Position numbers and translations under genes: made by a program | Part shown: positions 1 through 8,318 of the stretch, in pieces | Layout of the letters: every line of letters starts with the position of its first letter | How positions within the stretch are numbered: position 1 is the first letter of the stretch | The notes under the pieces: model-generated | Told to the model about the DNA's origin: nothing | The model's database searches: none | The model's input: only the letters and a program-made list of their open reading frames with translations | Source: a virus | Taxonomy: Duplodnaviria > Caudoviricetes | Virus record (IMG/VR): IMGVR_UViG_3300012971_000071 | Span: 1-28,364 of that record | Length of the DNA stretch: 28,364 bases | Direction: 5' to 3' (one strand)

Positions 1-348
1 CCCTACTGGGACCTCGAATACTACGGCGACGAGATGGAGCAGCTCGGCAAGGGCAATGAATATCCCGAGTTCCTGCGTCGACTCGGCAAAGTCTGCGAAG
101 CGAACTTTCGCTGTCTGAAGAGCGGCTCGTTCTGTGTCTGGTGCATCAACAACTTCCGCAAGGACGGAAAGTTCTACGCGTATCGCACACACACAGAGCA
201 GCTTCTGCGCGACGCTGGCTTCACGATGCACGACGAAGTGATCACTGATCTCGGCGGCTCATTCGGGCAAGCGTTCGCGTCGCAGATCGTCGAGAACAAG
301 ATCATTCCGAAGCGTCACGAATACGCGCTGATTTTTCGCAAGCCGTGA
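1..348 (+). CDS. DNA N4-cytosine/N6-adenine methyltransferase, C-terminal part (5'-truncated by window edge)
   Basis: The frame is open from base 1 and reads PYWDLEYYGDEMEQLG, the tail of the (S/D)PPY catalytic motif IV. It continues with RCLKSGSFCVW and ends HEYALIFRKP, both typical of phage amino-methyltransferases. Confidence 0.8.
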   Translation, partial: PYWDLEYYGDEMEQLGKGNEYPEFLRRLGKVCEANFRCLKSGSFCVWCINNFRKDGKFYAYRTHTEQLLRDAGFTMHDEVITDLGGSFGQAFASQIVENKIIPKRHEYALIFRKP

Positions 349-2142
349 TCAGAGCGACATCGAGATGAAGCCGCCCGATGAACCGAGCGCGCCGAGCGCA
401 GGATCGTAGGTGCCAGTGATGATCGAATTGTGAACGATGTGAATCTGTCCACCCTGCTTTGATTGCAGATCGTAGACTGTGTTCAGCGCGATCGCGCTCA
501 TGACGTCGATCGACGCGAGAACGATGCCGACCATCACAGCTTGCGCGCCGAATTGATTCCAGCCGATCACGTAGCCGCCAGCTGACGAGCCTGTGTTGCC
601 GACACCGACAAAGCCGCGAGTGTCGCTTCTGATGCCTGTGTTGCCGTTCGAGCACGCATACGTCGTGCTGCCGCCTGCGCCCGTAACGTAAGAGCCACCA
701 ACAACCCAGAGACCATAAGTGACATTGCCGTTCCACGTGAAACGCGCATAACCGCTGACAGGACTCGGCGCGTTCAATAAGACTGTGCCGCTCGGTCCGA
801 CTTCCATTGCAGCGCCGCACGCATTCGCAGCGACGACTGGCGTGAGATAGCAAGCAGCAGCTGCAATGCCAAAGCCGATGGCATAATTGACAGCGACGAC
901 GTTCTCGAATCCACCGTATGGACCAAAGATGCTGAACGCTGTGCCAAGTTGCGCGCCGACGCTCGCGCGCAAGCCGAAATTCTTGATCAGCTTGATGCCA
1001 TTCGGGCAGTTGAACACAGTCGTAGTGTTTGTGCTGAACTGTGTCGGGAACACGAGCAGCTTCGTTGTCGAGAGACATGCGATCGACGCCGGCGGCAGCA
1101 CATTGTAAATCTTCATGCGCATCGTGACACTCGTGCCACCGACGACTGTGATGTAGCCGCAACCTTCGAGCTGCGCAGTCGGCGCGTCGTAGAGATAGCA
1201 GACATCATTGACAGCGATGCCAGTCGTGCTCGCGACGGGAATGACGACATCGATGTCTGGTAGTGTTCCGCTTCGCGTGATGTTGGTAGCGGGACGCATC
1301 GTCTTCTCGACGACATCGAGACCGATCACTTGAATCTGCTCAGCATCAGGATGCGTGAAGTTGATCGGCACTGTCTGCGTGAAGTGCCCGCTGTAGACGT
1401 GAATCGTCGCTGTCTTGTCAGACGGAATGTGAAACGCGAGCAAGTAGTCGTGCGCAGCTTGAATCGTCGGGAATAGCACAGTCGGATCGGTGATGCCAGG
1501 GTAGGTCGCCGGCACATACAGATCGACATTCTGCGTCAGCTGCTTCTGCGCGATCGTGATCGTGTTGTGCAGTGCGTCTTCAGTGAGATCAATGCCAACG
1601 CCTTCGACGAATCGCTTGAAGCGCAGAAGATTGCCGATTGCCTCTTTGTAAGGACCCGGTCCGGTAGCGTCAGTGCCTACGTTCTCGCCCAAGACAGCAT
1701 CAGTCGGCCCGATCTGAATCACGAGCGACGCCGCAGGGATGCGATCGATGATCAGCTTGATCTTGTAGCCGTAGAACGTCGGCGCTGCAGGATCGATGTG
1801 ATCGACAGGATCGAGAAACGCATTCGCGACGCTGTAGAGCCGATCACTCTCAGTGCCGATGTGCGCCATGATGCCGACTTCATGCAGATCGAACGCGTGC
1901 GGCGCTGTGTCGCTTCTGAACACGCCCTCAACGAGCAGCTGCCCGTTCCCGTCGTCATTCTTCGTGTTGATCACGACGTTCATCTCGAAGTGAATCAGCG
2001 CAGTGAGCGGCCAGAGATCGCTCGCTTGCGATGCAGAACCACTGCCGACAACGATCTTCGAGATCGTGAGTGTCTCGCCATTCTGCGCTCTGCCGAGCAT
2101 CGATCGCCCAGCGTTGGTAAATTCTTGTTTGCTTATGCTCAT
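349..2142 (-). CDS. Tail fibre/tailspike (N-terminal tail-collar anchor, C-terminal beta-helix-like region)
   Basis: 597 aa. N-terminus FTNAGRSMLGRAQNGETLTISKIVVGSG...FDLHEVGIMA...LYSVA matches P2 gpH-type baseplate anchors. FPTIQAAHDYL...TIHVYSGHF followed by a G/A/N-rich region suggests a parallel beta-helix. Follows J and I. Confidence 0.85.
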   Translation of the reverse strand: MSISKQEFTNAGRSMLGRAQNGETLTISKIVVGSGSASQASDLWPLTALIHFEMNVVINTKNDDGNGQLLVEGVFRSDTAPHAFDLHEVGIMAHIGTESDRLYSVANAFLDPVDHIDPAAPTFYGYKIKLIIDRIPAASLVIQIGPTDAVLGENVGTDATGPGPYKEAIGNLLRFKRFVEGVGIDLTEDALHNTITIAQKQLTQNVDLYVPATYPGITDPTVLFPTIQAAHDYLLAFHIPSDKTATIHVYSGHFTQTVPINFTHPDAEQIQVIGLDVVEKTMRPATNITRSGTLPDIDVVIPVASTTGIAVNDVCYLYDAPTAQLEGCGYITVVGGTSVTMRMKIYNVLPPASIACLSTTKLLVFPTQFSTNTTTVFNCPNGIKLIKNFGLRASVGAQLGTAFSIFGPYGGFENVVAVNYAIGFGIAAAACYLTPVVAANACGAAMEVGPSGTVLLNAPSPVSGYARFTWNGNVTYGLWVVGGSYVTGAGGSTTYACSNGNTGIRSDTRGFVGVGNTGSSAGGYVIGWNQFGAQAVMVGIVLASIDVMSAIALNTVYDLQSKQGGQIHIVHNSIITGTYDPALGALGSSGGFISMSL

Positions 2143-3101
2143 GGGTAGTCTGGTGCCTCGCTTTCTTTGTAGATGAACTGCAGTGTCATGCCTGCCCAGC
2201 CGATGTCGCAGTCGCTCGTCGTCATTCTGAAGATGCCCTCAAGCCAGCGACTGACGGGCTTGTAGGCGTTGATCAGCGCCATGACTTGCTCGTAGTCGTC
2301 AGGCTGAATGACTCGCTCATCGATCAGAACTCTGAAGCGATAGCGGTCATGCCACGAGCCAGTGCCCTTGCGCCAAATCTTGTTCGTCGACACGCCAGTC
2401 GTCAGCAGATCAATCGGCGCGCCGCTGATCGACAACGCGACTTGGAATGTGTTCGTCGTCTTGTTCACTACGCGATACCAGAGACCGGGAAGCAGCGGCT
2501 GTGGCAGCTGCGTGTCAGGCGGGCTTGGGCTGAATGCTCGCGTCGGCAATGGCGTCGGTGGTTCGAACCGGATCTGATCGTTGTTGATGAAGACGTGCGC
2601 AGGAATTGTGAACGTGTTCGTCGTGATGTTGACTGCTGACGGGCCGAACGTGTAGAGCATCGCGTCAGGATTGTCGATCGGGTAGTTCGGCGGCAGCGGC
2701 ACCATGTATTCGTACCACTCGAGCAACGTCGCGCCCCCGGGCCAGAACATGTCGAGCACGTCTTGCACGAGCTGCACCGTGCCCTTGCGCATGTGCCACT
2801 GAATCGAATTGAAGACGAGCTGTCGGCGAAACTCGATCGGCTGTGTTGCATCGTAGAAGTCGACATGAAATTGCCACGCGAGGATGTCGATCAGATTCGA
2901 GTCAGTAAGACTGAGAATCTGTGAGATGAAGATGATCGCAGACAGCGTCGGTGGAATCGAGTCAGGCGTCCCGTCTGTGACATCGATGATCTCGTGCATC
3001 TGTTCATCGAATGCTTCGCACGCAGACTGCACCTGTCGGTCGTATGAGATCGATGGCGTGCAAAGATCAATCAGTCCTAAGTCTCGCAGCTGCTCAGCCA
3101 T
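2139..3101 (-). CDS. Baseplate wedge/tail protein I (P2 gpI-like) with an inserted beta-domain
   Basis: Start re-called at ATG 3101 (TAATG overlap with the J stop), 320 aa. Motifs IDILAWQFHVDFYD, SIQWHMRKGT, LLEWYEY, YRFRV and INAYKPVSRWL. Confidence 0.88.
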   Translation of the reverse strand: MAEQLRDLGLIDLCTPSISYDRQVQSACEAFDEQMHEIIDVTDGTPDSIPPTLSAIIFISQILSLTDSNLIDILAWQFHVDFYDATQPIEFRRQLVFNSIQWHMRKGTVQLVQDVLDMFWPGGATLLEWYEYMVPLPPNYPIDNPDAMLYTFGPSAVNITTNTFTIPAHVFINNDQIRFEPPTPLPTRAFSPSPPDTQLPQPLLPGLWYRVVNKTTNTFQVALSISGAPIDLLTTGVSTNKIWRKGTGSWHDRYRFRVLIDERVIQPDDYEQVMALINAYKPVSRWLEGIFRMTTSDCDIGWAGMTLQFIYKESEAPDYP

Positions 3102-4354
3102 TAGATGTCCTCGAGTCCTTTGTAGTTGATGATCGGCGCTGTCACGTCGCTGTGAACTGCGAGCTGGTCGAAGTTCATCACTTGAAACGAAGGCGATGGT
3201 GAATTGATCACGACGCGCTTCGCACCCGCCTCGAGCATTCGCTTTGTGAGTTCGCTGCCGTTCAGATCGCGCGAGATCGCGTTGCGCTGCCATTGAATCC
3301 AGTCGAGCGCTGCTTGATTCACAGCTGCTTGAATCGAGTCACTGAGCACTGCGTTCGCCTGCAGGATCCAGTAGTCGACGTTCAACGTGTAGACAAACGA
3401 CGTCGCGACTTTGACTGTGACGTAGTCAGTGACAGGACGCTTCGTGTCAGCGCTCACAACTGGCGCGACGACGTTGTCACAGAAGTCCTGCGTCGGCAGC
3501 TCGCCGTTGCGCAGCAGCGGATAGATCCACACTTCGCCTGCGATCTCAGGCGCGCTGTGAATCTGCGCTTGAATGATGTCTGCGCTCGCGCTTAACGTCC
3601 AGAACTCATACGCTTCGCGAGGACCGCAAGTGGAAAACGACTCAATGGCGAGCCAGATGCGGTAGCGGTATTGCTCATCAGTCTCAACATCGCTGCCGCC
3701 TTGACTGACGTCTGTGTTCGCAACGCTCACGCCGAAGGGCTGATTCCAATTGATGATGCTGTTGATCTGCCCAGCTGCGAAACCGTTGCCGATCGCGCCT
3801 GCAACGAGCGCTTGCGCTGGGACGTCGCCGGTGAGTGACGGCGACAGAATCAAGCCTGACTCGAGCGTCTGAAAGACCACGCCGTTGGGCGCCTGACACA
3901 TCGTGCCTTGAGGGATTGACACGTCGAATGCAAGCGGAGCTGCGAGCGTGAAGCGCAGCGTCGTTGTCGCGTTCTGCGCTTGCAGTCGCAGCGCTCGATC
4001 GCCATACAGCGCAGCGAGATTGTCCAAGTAATCGTCGCGCGCATACTTGAGCAGGTTCTGCTTGCCAGTGAAGTCGATGATCGTGCGCTGATGCGACAGC
4101 CAATGACAGACGACGAGCAGAAAGAGTCGCACAGGATCGCCAGGTGCGAGCGACTTCGCGACGCCAGTCAGCGCTTTGAACGCTTGCTCATAATCAGCGA
4201 TGACTTCGCTCACGATGATCGTCGGGTCTTTGACTGCGAAGTCGATGTCAGGCACGAACGGCAAGCCGTAGTCGGGCGTGCCGACGTCGCCGTCAGTTGT
4301 TGTTGTCGCAATGATTGGCGGGTCTGGTGAAGGTGAGATCGCTCTTGTTGGCAT
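3101..4354 (-). CDS. Baseplate J-like wedge protein
   Basis: 417 aa. LAPGDPVRLFL, KQNLLKYARDDYLDNLA, GGSDVETDEQYRYRI, FSTCGPREAYEFW and KRPVTDYVTV are gpJ-family motifs. Confidence 0.93.
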   Translation of the reverse strand: MPTRAISPSPDPPIIATTTTDGDVGTPDYGLPFVPDIDFAVKDPTIIVSEVIADYEQAFKALTGVAKSLAPGDPVRLFLLVVCHWLSHQRTIIDFTGKQNLLKYARDDYLDNLAALYGDRALRLQAQNATTTLRFTLAAPLAFDVSIPQGTMCQAPNGVVFQTLESGLILSPSLTGDVPAQALVAGAIGNGFAAGQINSIINWNQPFGVSVANTDVSQGGSDVETDEQYRYRIWLAIESFSTCGPREAYEFWTLSASADIIQAQIHSAPEIAGEVWIYPLLRNGELPTQDFCDNVVAPVVSADTKRPVTDYVTVKVATSFVYTLNVDYWILQANAVLSDSIQAAVNQAALDWIQWQRNAISRDLNGSELTKRMLEAGAKRVVINSPSPSFQVMNFDQLAVHSDVTAPIINYKGLEDI

Positions 4355-4371
4355 AAGCGTGTGTTTCTAGT

Positions 4372-4884
4372 TCATGCAGGCTGCAGCTTGTATTTCTTGC
4401 CGTTGACGACAGCAGCTTTGCCGGGCCAAAGCTCGTAGAAATAGATCAGACGATCGTCGCCGTTGTTCGCGCTGACTGCTGGATTGATGAATTGCGCGAG
4501 ACAGATCGCAGCTTCGCCTGTCTTGTTTTCAGGCCCGATCTCACCGATGACACCTGGGCTTGACTTCATCGAATCGAGTCGCGTGAGCTTCCCTTGACAG
4601 CCGAGCACGACTGGCTCTGGCATCATGCGCACCTGCGGTGGGATGACGATGTAGCGGTCCTTGTCAGCGTTGAGATATGGGTTGTAGGCAGTCTGATCGA
4701 GCGGCGAATTGTCGCCGTGATGATCGCCTGTGCCATCTGTGCAGACATCGAGATTGCTGACGAAGCAGATGTATTTACCATTCGGGGTTGTGTAGATCGT
4801 CACGCCACCGATCACAGTCAGCACTTGCAAGTTGTGCGCTTTGATATGCGCTTTGCCGTGTTCACTCAGTTGTTTTTTTGCCAT
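4372..4884 (-). CDS. GH75 chitosanase-like glycoside hydrolase; putative endolysin
   Basis: 170 aa. The motif series LDVCTDG / QTAY / LNADKDRYIVIP / LGC / VIGEIGP..KTGEAAICLA / YELWPG parallels GH75 (IDCDG, QT, LNA..PYIVLP, GD.GP...GEASIALA, Y..FPG). Directly downstream of a holin-like gene and has no signal peptide. Confidence 0.7.
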   Translation of the reverse strand: MAKKQLSEHGKAHIKAHNLQVLTVIGGVTIYTTPNGKYICFVSNLDVCTDGTGDHHGDNSPLDQTAYNPYLNADKDRYIVIPPQVRMMPEPVVLGCQGKLTRLDSMKSSPGVIGEIGPENKTGEAAICLAQFINPAVSANNGDDRLIYFYELWPGKAAVVNGKKYKLQPA

Positions 4885-5257
4885 TTGGTTCTCCGTTGAT
4901 GATTTTTGTCTTCGTCTTCGGCTGCAGACCCATCAGAAAAGCTGCGATCGCGAGACCGTATGCGACGCCGCTCGTGTTGCTGACTTTGAAGCCGAGAAAC
5001 TCGAGCAGCATGTCGACGTCTTTGCTCGTCGCTTTGAGAATTGTCAGCGCAGCCGTTATCACTGACGCTGCGATGATACGCCCACGGTCTGACTTCCACC
5101 ACTGCGCGAAACTGAAGTCTTGCGCGTGGACGCGCCAATGCTGAATAAAGAGAAAGAGGCCCCATGTGACGATGCAGCTGATGACATTGAAGAATCGCTG
5201 CGGCCACAAAGGCACCTGATCATGAATCTGCTGCGCTGTGATAAGTAGGTGAATCAT
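4862..5257 (-). CDS. Putative holin (small multi-pass membrane protein)
   Basis: 131 aa with about three hydrophobic segments (FFNVISCIVTWGLFLFI; IIAASVITAALTIL; GVAYGLAIAAFLMGL) and a Lys-rich hydrophilic C-terminus. Overlaps the glycoside hydrolase gene. Confidence 0.6.
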   Translation of the reverse strand: MIHLLITAQQIHDQVPLWPQRFFNVISCIVTWGLFLFIQHWRVHAQDFSFAQWWKSDRGRIIAASVITAALTILKATSKDVDMLLEFLGFKVSNTSGVAYGLAIAAFLMGLQPKTKTKIINGEPNGKKTTE

Positions 5258-6939
5258 GGCGTCAAAAGTTCCGCTCGTAGAATGGCTACCGTGTGGACAG
5301 CACTCGCACCGCCGTTATAGCTCACACCGATTGTCGTCGCGGTAGTCGAATTAAAAGCGTTGCCAGAGCCAGGTGACCCCATCAGCACTTGACCGACAGC
5401 GACCCATCCGGCATTGCCCGTAGCGTTATGCACGATATTCATCGTGCAAAGACTGCTTGCCGATGTGCCAGGAGTGATCACGGTCATCCAAACGTCGACG
5501 ACGGCGACGTCAGCGAGAGCAGTTCCAGCAACAAGAACTGGCGCGAAGACGCTTGTGTCTGATGTAGTCCCAGCAGTTCCTATCCGTAGCGTTATCAGAG
5601 GTACCGCAGTGCCAACTGCTGTTTTCTGGATAGTGAGCTGACAATGGTATTGGCTGCCAGCAACAAGATCGCCAGCTGCAACTACGATCTTGCTGCTGTT
5701 GATATAAGTGTCAGAAGTGAACGGGTTTTGTGTGGCTGTCGAAGAGTTCGTCAGTATTGTTGGCTTCCACGCTGGCACTCCTGCTTCACTGCGCAGCGTG
5801 TATTTGGTCGTGCCTTTCGCGAGATGATTCCATGTGCCAGTTGCAGAGATGTATGGCAGATCATTCGCAGCCCACGCACTTGAATCCTGACCTGTGCCGC
5901 CGGCTGCCGGCGCTACATCTGTGCCATTCCAAGTGCCAGTGCCGATCGTGCCGACAGTCGTGATGTTCGTCGAGCCACTGCCGCTGATGTCAGCATAGGT
6001 CGGCTGCGCGTAACTGACTACGCCGCCAGCGCTGACTGCATTTGCGAACTGACTCGCACCAGCTGTGCTCGGGATGACAACAGTCATGTTCACCGCGCTG
6101 TCAGGAATGTTGACTGTGCGCGTATTCCCAGCCGTTATGCTGCTAAGGTTAAACGCGGCCTGCTTGCTCGTCGTTCCTTGATCCTGAAGTAGGAACTGAC
6201 CAGTCTTCGCAGCGTATGTGTTCGTGTTGTCAAACGTCTTGCTGCTGATTGTCGTCGGCAGCTGCGCGTTCACGAGCGATTGAAACCCGGGTGCTGTCGT
6301 CGAGCCAGTGTTGTTGCCGAACACGGTATTAGCCGCTGCGGTGGTCGCGCCGATACCGCCATTGCTCACTGTCAATGTCCCGCTGACACCATTGCTTAGA
6401 GGCACTTGTCCCCATTGCGGCATGCCGCTGAGTCCTGTGTTCAGAAGGGCTCGCGTCAATGTTACGTTAGCAGGCAGCGCAGTGAGAGTATTCGTGGCAT
6501 TGGCGTAGATTATGTCACCCGTCGCGTAACTCGTGAGACCAGTGCCGCCGAGTGTCGGTCCAATGCTCGTGATGCCCTGAATGTGCGTTGCATCAGTCCA
6601 CTGCGCGAGCTGATTGATTGTCGGTGTGCCGCTGTTGCTCACGTTCCCGCTACCGCCACCGCCTGTGACCCACTGCGTGTTGTAGTTCGTGCTGTCGATC
6701 TTCGAGAGCACTTGTCCCGCTGTGCCACCGCTCGGCACTGTGCCAAAGCCTGTTTTCGTCGCGCTCGTCAGATCGATCGTGCCGTTGACTGTCATCGTGA
6801 TGCCTGAATTGATCGTCAAGCTTGAACCAGTCGAGAAGATCATCGGCTGGAAGACAGTCTGATCGCCAGATGCTTCACGCGGTTGATTGCAAGCGACCAG
6901 CAGCGTCGCAAGTAGAATTGCTCGGAGTGTTTTTTTCAT
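5254..6939 (-). CDS. Fibre/adhesin-like T/G/S-rich protein with a predicted lipoprotein-type signal peptide
   Basis: Start re-called at ATG 6939 (ATGA overlap with the upstream stop), 561 aa. Begins MKKTLRAILLATLLVAC. The body has fibre-type motifs (PSGGTAGQVLSK...NTQW, repeated GGTG/GGIG, SYATGDIIYA). Confidence 0.7.
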   Translation of the reverse strand: MKKTLRAILLATLLVACNQPREASGDQTVFQPMIFSTGSSLTINSGITMTVNGTIDLTSATKTGFGTVPSGGTAGQVLSKIDSTNYNTQWVTGGGGSGNVSNSGTPTINQLAQWTDATHIQGITSIGPTLGGTGLTSYATGDIIYANATNTLTALPANVTLTRALLNTGLSGMPQWGQVPLSNGVSGTLTVSNGGIGATTAAANTVFGNNTGSTTAPGFQSLVNAQLPTTISSKTFDNTNTYAAKTGQFLLQDQGTTSKQAAFNLSSITAGNTRTVNIPDSAVNMTVVIPSTAGASQFANAVSAGGVVSYAQPTYADISGSGSTNITTVGTIGTGTWNGTDVAPAAGGTGQDSSAWAANDLPYISATGTWNHLAKGTTKYTLRSEAGVPAWKPTILTNSSTATQNPFTSDTYINSSKIVVAAGDLVAGSQYHCQLTIQKTAVGTAVPLITLRIGTAGTTSDTSVFAPVLVAGTALADVAVVDVWMTVITPGTSASSLCTMNIVHNATGNAGWVAVGQVLMGSPGSGNAFNSTTATTIGVSYNGGASAVHTVAILRAELLTP

Positions 6940-7262
6940 GCTTCGGTCCATTCGTTTTGGATGATCCAGTTGTTGCCTGAATCTTGAATCTCAAGACGCA
7001 AGCCGTTCGAGAGCGCAGTCAATCGCGCCTTGCTGCCGATGTAAAGTGTTGTCACGAGACCAACAGGGATTGTCGCTGCGAGCTTCGGAGTGACATCGCC
7101 AGTGCCGGCATCTCCGCCTGTGCTCGTGAATGTGATGCCAGTCGTGCTGCTTGCATCGATGAGCTTCGCGATCACAGCTTGTCCTGGTGTGGCAGTGTCG
7201 AGATCGACACGCTGAATGCCAGCATCTTTGACTTGTTTGCCTGTGACTTGCGTGATTGGCAT
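6936..7262 (-). CDS. Small fibre-associated protein
   Basis: 108 aa, tightly packed between neighbours. Its N-terminus resembles that of 7265..8314 and its C-terminus resembles that of 8319..8723. Confidence 0.7.
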   Translation of the reverse strand: MPITQVTGKQVKDAGIQRVDLDTATPGQAVIAKLIDASSTTGITFTSTGGDAGTGDVTPKLAATIPVGLVTTLYIGSKARLTALSNGLRLEIQDSGNNWIIQNEWTEA

Positions 7263-7264
7263 GG

Positions 7265-8314
7265 TTATTTCAGGTAATTCGCTTTGAGTCTGTCACCTGT
7301 CGCTGGGACGTTCAGCATCGTGATCGTCGCACCGCTGATCGTGTAGTCATTCCCTGCGCCCTGCTCTTGCAAGATCCCGTTGAGAAAAACTTGTTCAGAG
7401 CCAGCGATCGGCGTCGCTGCGAGTGTGAACGTCGGATTCGAGCCGTTGATCGTTCCGGTTGGTGTCTCGCGTGTCACAATGTTCGCTTGCTTCTGATACG
7501 TCGACGCGAGCTGCGTGTCACCAATGCTGCCAGCTTTCACACCGATTGCATTCGTCGCGACAGCGATCGTCGTGTTGTCAACGTTCACGCCGATGCCTGC
7601 TGCGACGACTGTCACTGCTCGAGCAGGATCGAGCTTCACTTGCATCGAGTCAGGATTGATCGTCAGCGTGTTGTCAGCTGCGACGATGTCGATCACTTGT
7701 CCTGTGCGCAGCAAGCCAGCGCCAGCTGTCACGTCTGACGGCCCGGGAATTTGCACGAACGTGATGCTTGTCGTGTTGAGCGTTCCACCTGCATCAGCTG
7801 TCGACAGCCAGATCGTGTCAGCATTCGCCGTGCCTTGCTGCACACTCACGATCATGCCGGGCACTTCAGCCCACGTGTCCATCGAAGTGTGTCGCGTCCA
7901 CGCGCCTGATGCGACGACGTAGAGACCGTTGCCGCTCTGTGCCGTCTGATTCTTGACGAGACAGATGTCACCTGCGCTCAGCGCGATGCCGTCGACAGTC
8001 TGCGTGCCTGTCAGTGAGATGTTCGCAGTCGTCGCAACCTTCGCTGTGCCTGACGAGACGACGCCGCCCGCAACATTCGCGAGAACCCATTGACGAGTCG
8101 CAGCATCTGTCGGGTTTACAGGATCGGCGAGATTCGTGATCTTGAACCCGCCGTGTGATTGATCAGCGCCGAACGCTACGCTGCCATCGCTCTTGACGAA
8201 TAGCGAACCTTGCGCCAGTTTCGACGTCTGAATTGCAGCACCTGCTGCGATCTTCGCATCAGCGATCGTGCCGTCTTGAATTTGTGTTGTGCCGCGGATT
8301 TGTGTTGTAGCCAT
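7265..8314 (-). CDS. Virion fibre/decoration-like structural protein
   Basis: Start re-called at ATG 8314 (GGAGG upstream), 349 aa. Has KITNLADPVNPTDAATRQWV (neck-type motif), VATTANISLTGTQTVDGIALSAGDICLVKNQT..NGLYVVASGAWTR (common in phage structural proteins), and a C-terminal RETPTG.INGSN..FTL..VFLNG.LQ..DY module. Confidence 0.8.
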   Translation of the reverse strand: MATTQIRGTTQIQDGTIADAKIAAGAAIQTSKLAQGSLFVKSDGSVAFGADQSHGGFKITNLADPVNPTDAATRQWVLANVAGGVVSSGTAKVATTANISLTGTQTVDGIALSAGDICLVKNQTAQSGNGLYVVASGAWTRHTSMDTWAEVPGMIVSVQQGTANADTIWLSTADAGGTLNTTSITFVQIPGPSDVTAGAGLLRTGQVIDIVAADNTLTINPDSMQVKLDPARAVTVVAAGIGVNVDNTTIAVATNAIGVKAGSIGDTQLASTYQKQANIVTRETPTGTINGSNPTFTLAATPIAGSEQVFLNGILQEQGAGNDYTISGATITMLNVPATGDRLKANYLK

Positions 8315-8318
8315 AACG

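Noticed and set aside
302-1162. 286-aa alternative-frame ORF inside the tail fibre
   Set aside because: Its Arg/His/Cys-rich composition is typical of an off-frame reading of the fibre gene.
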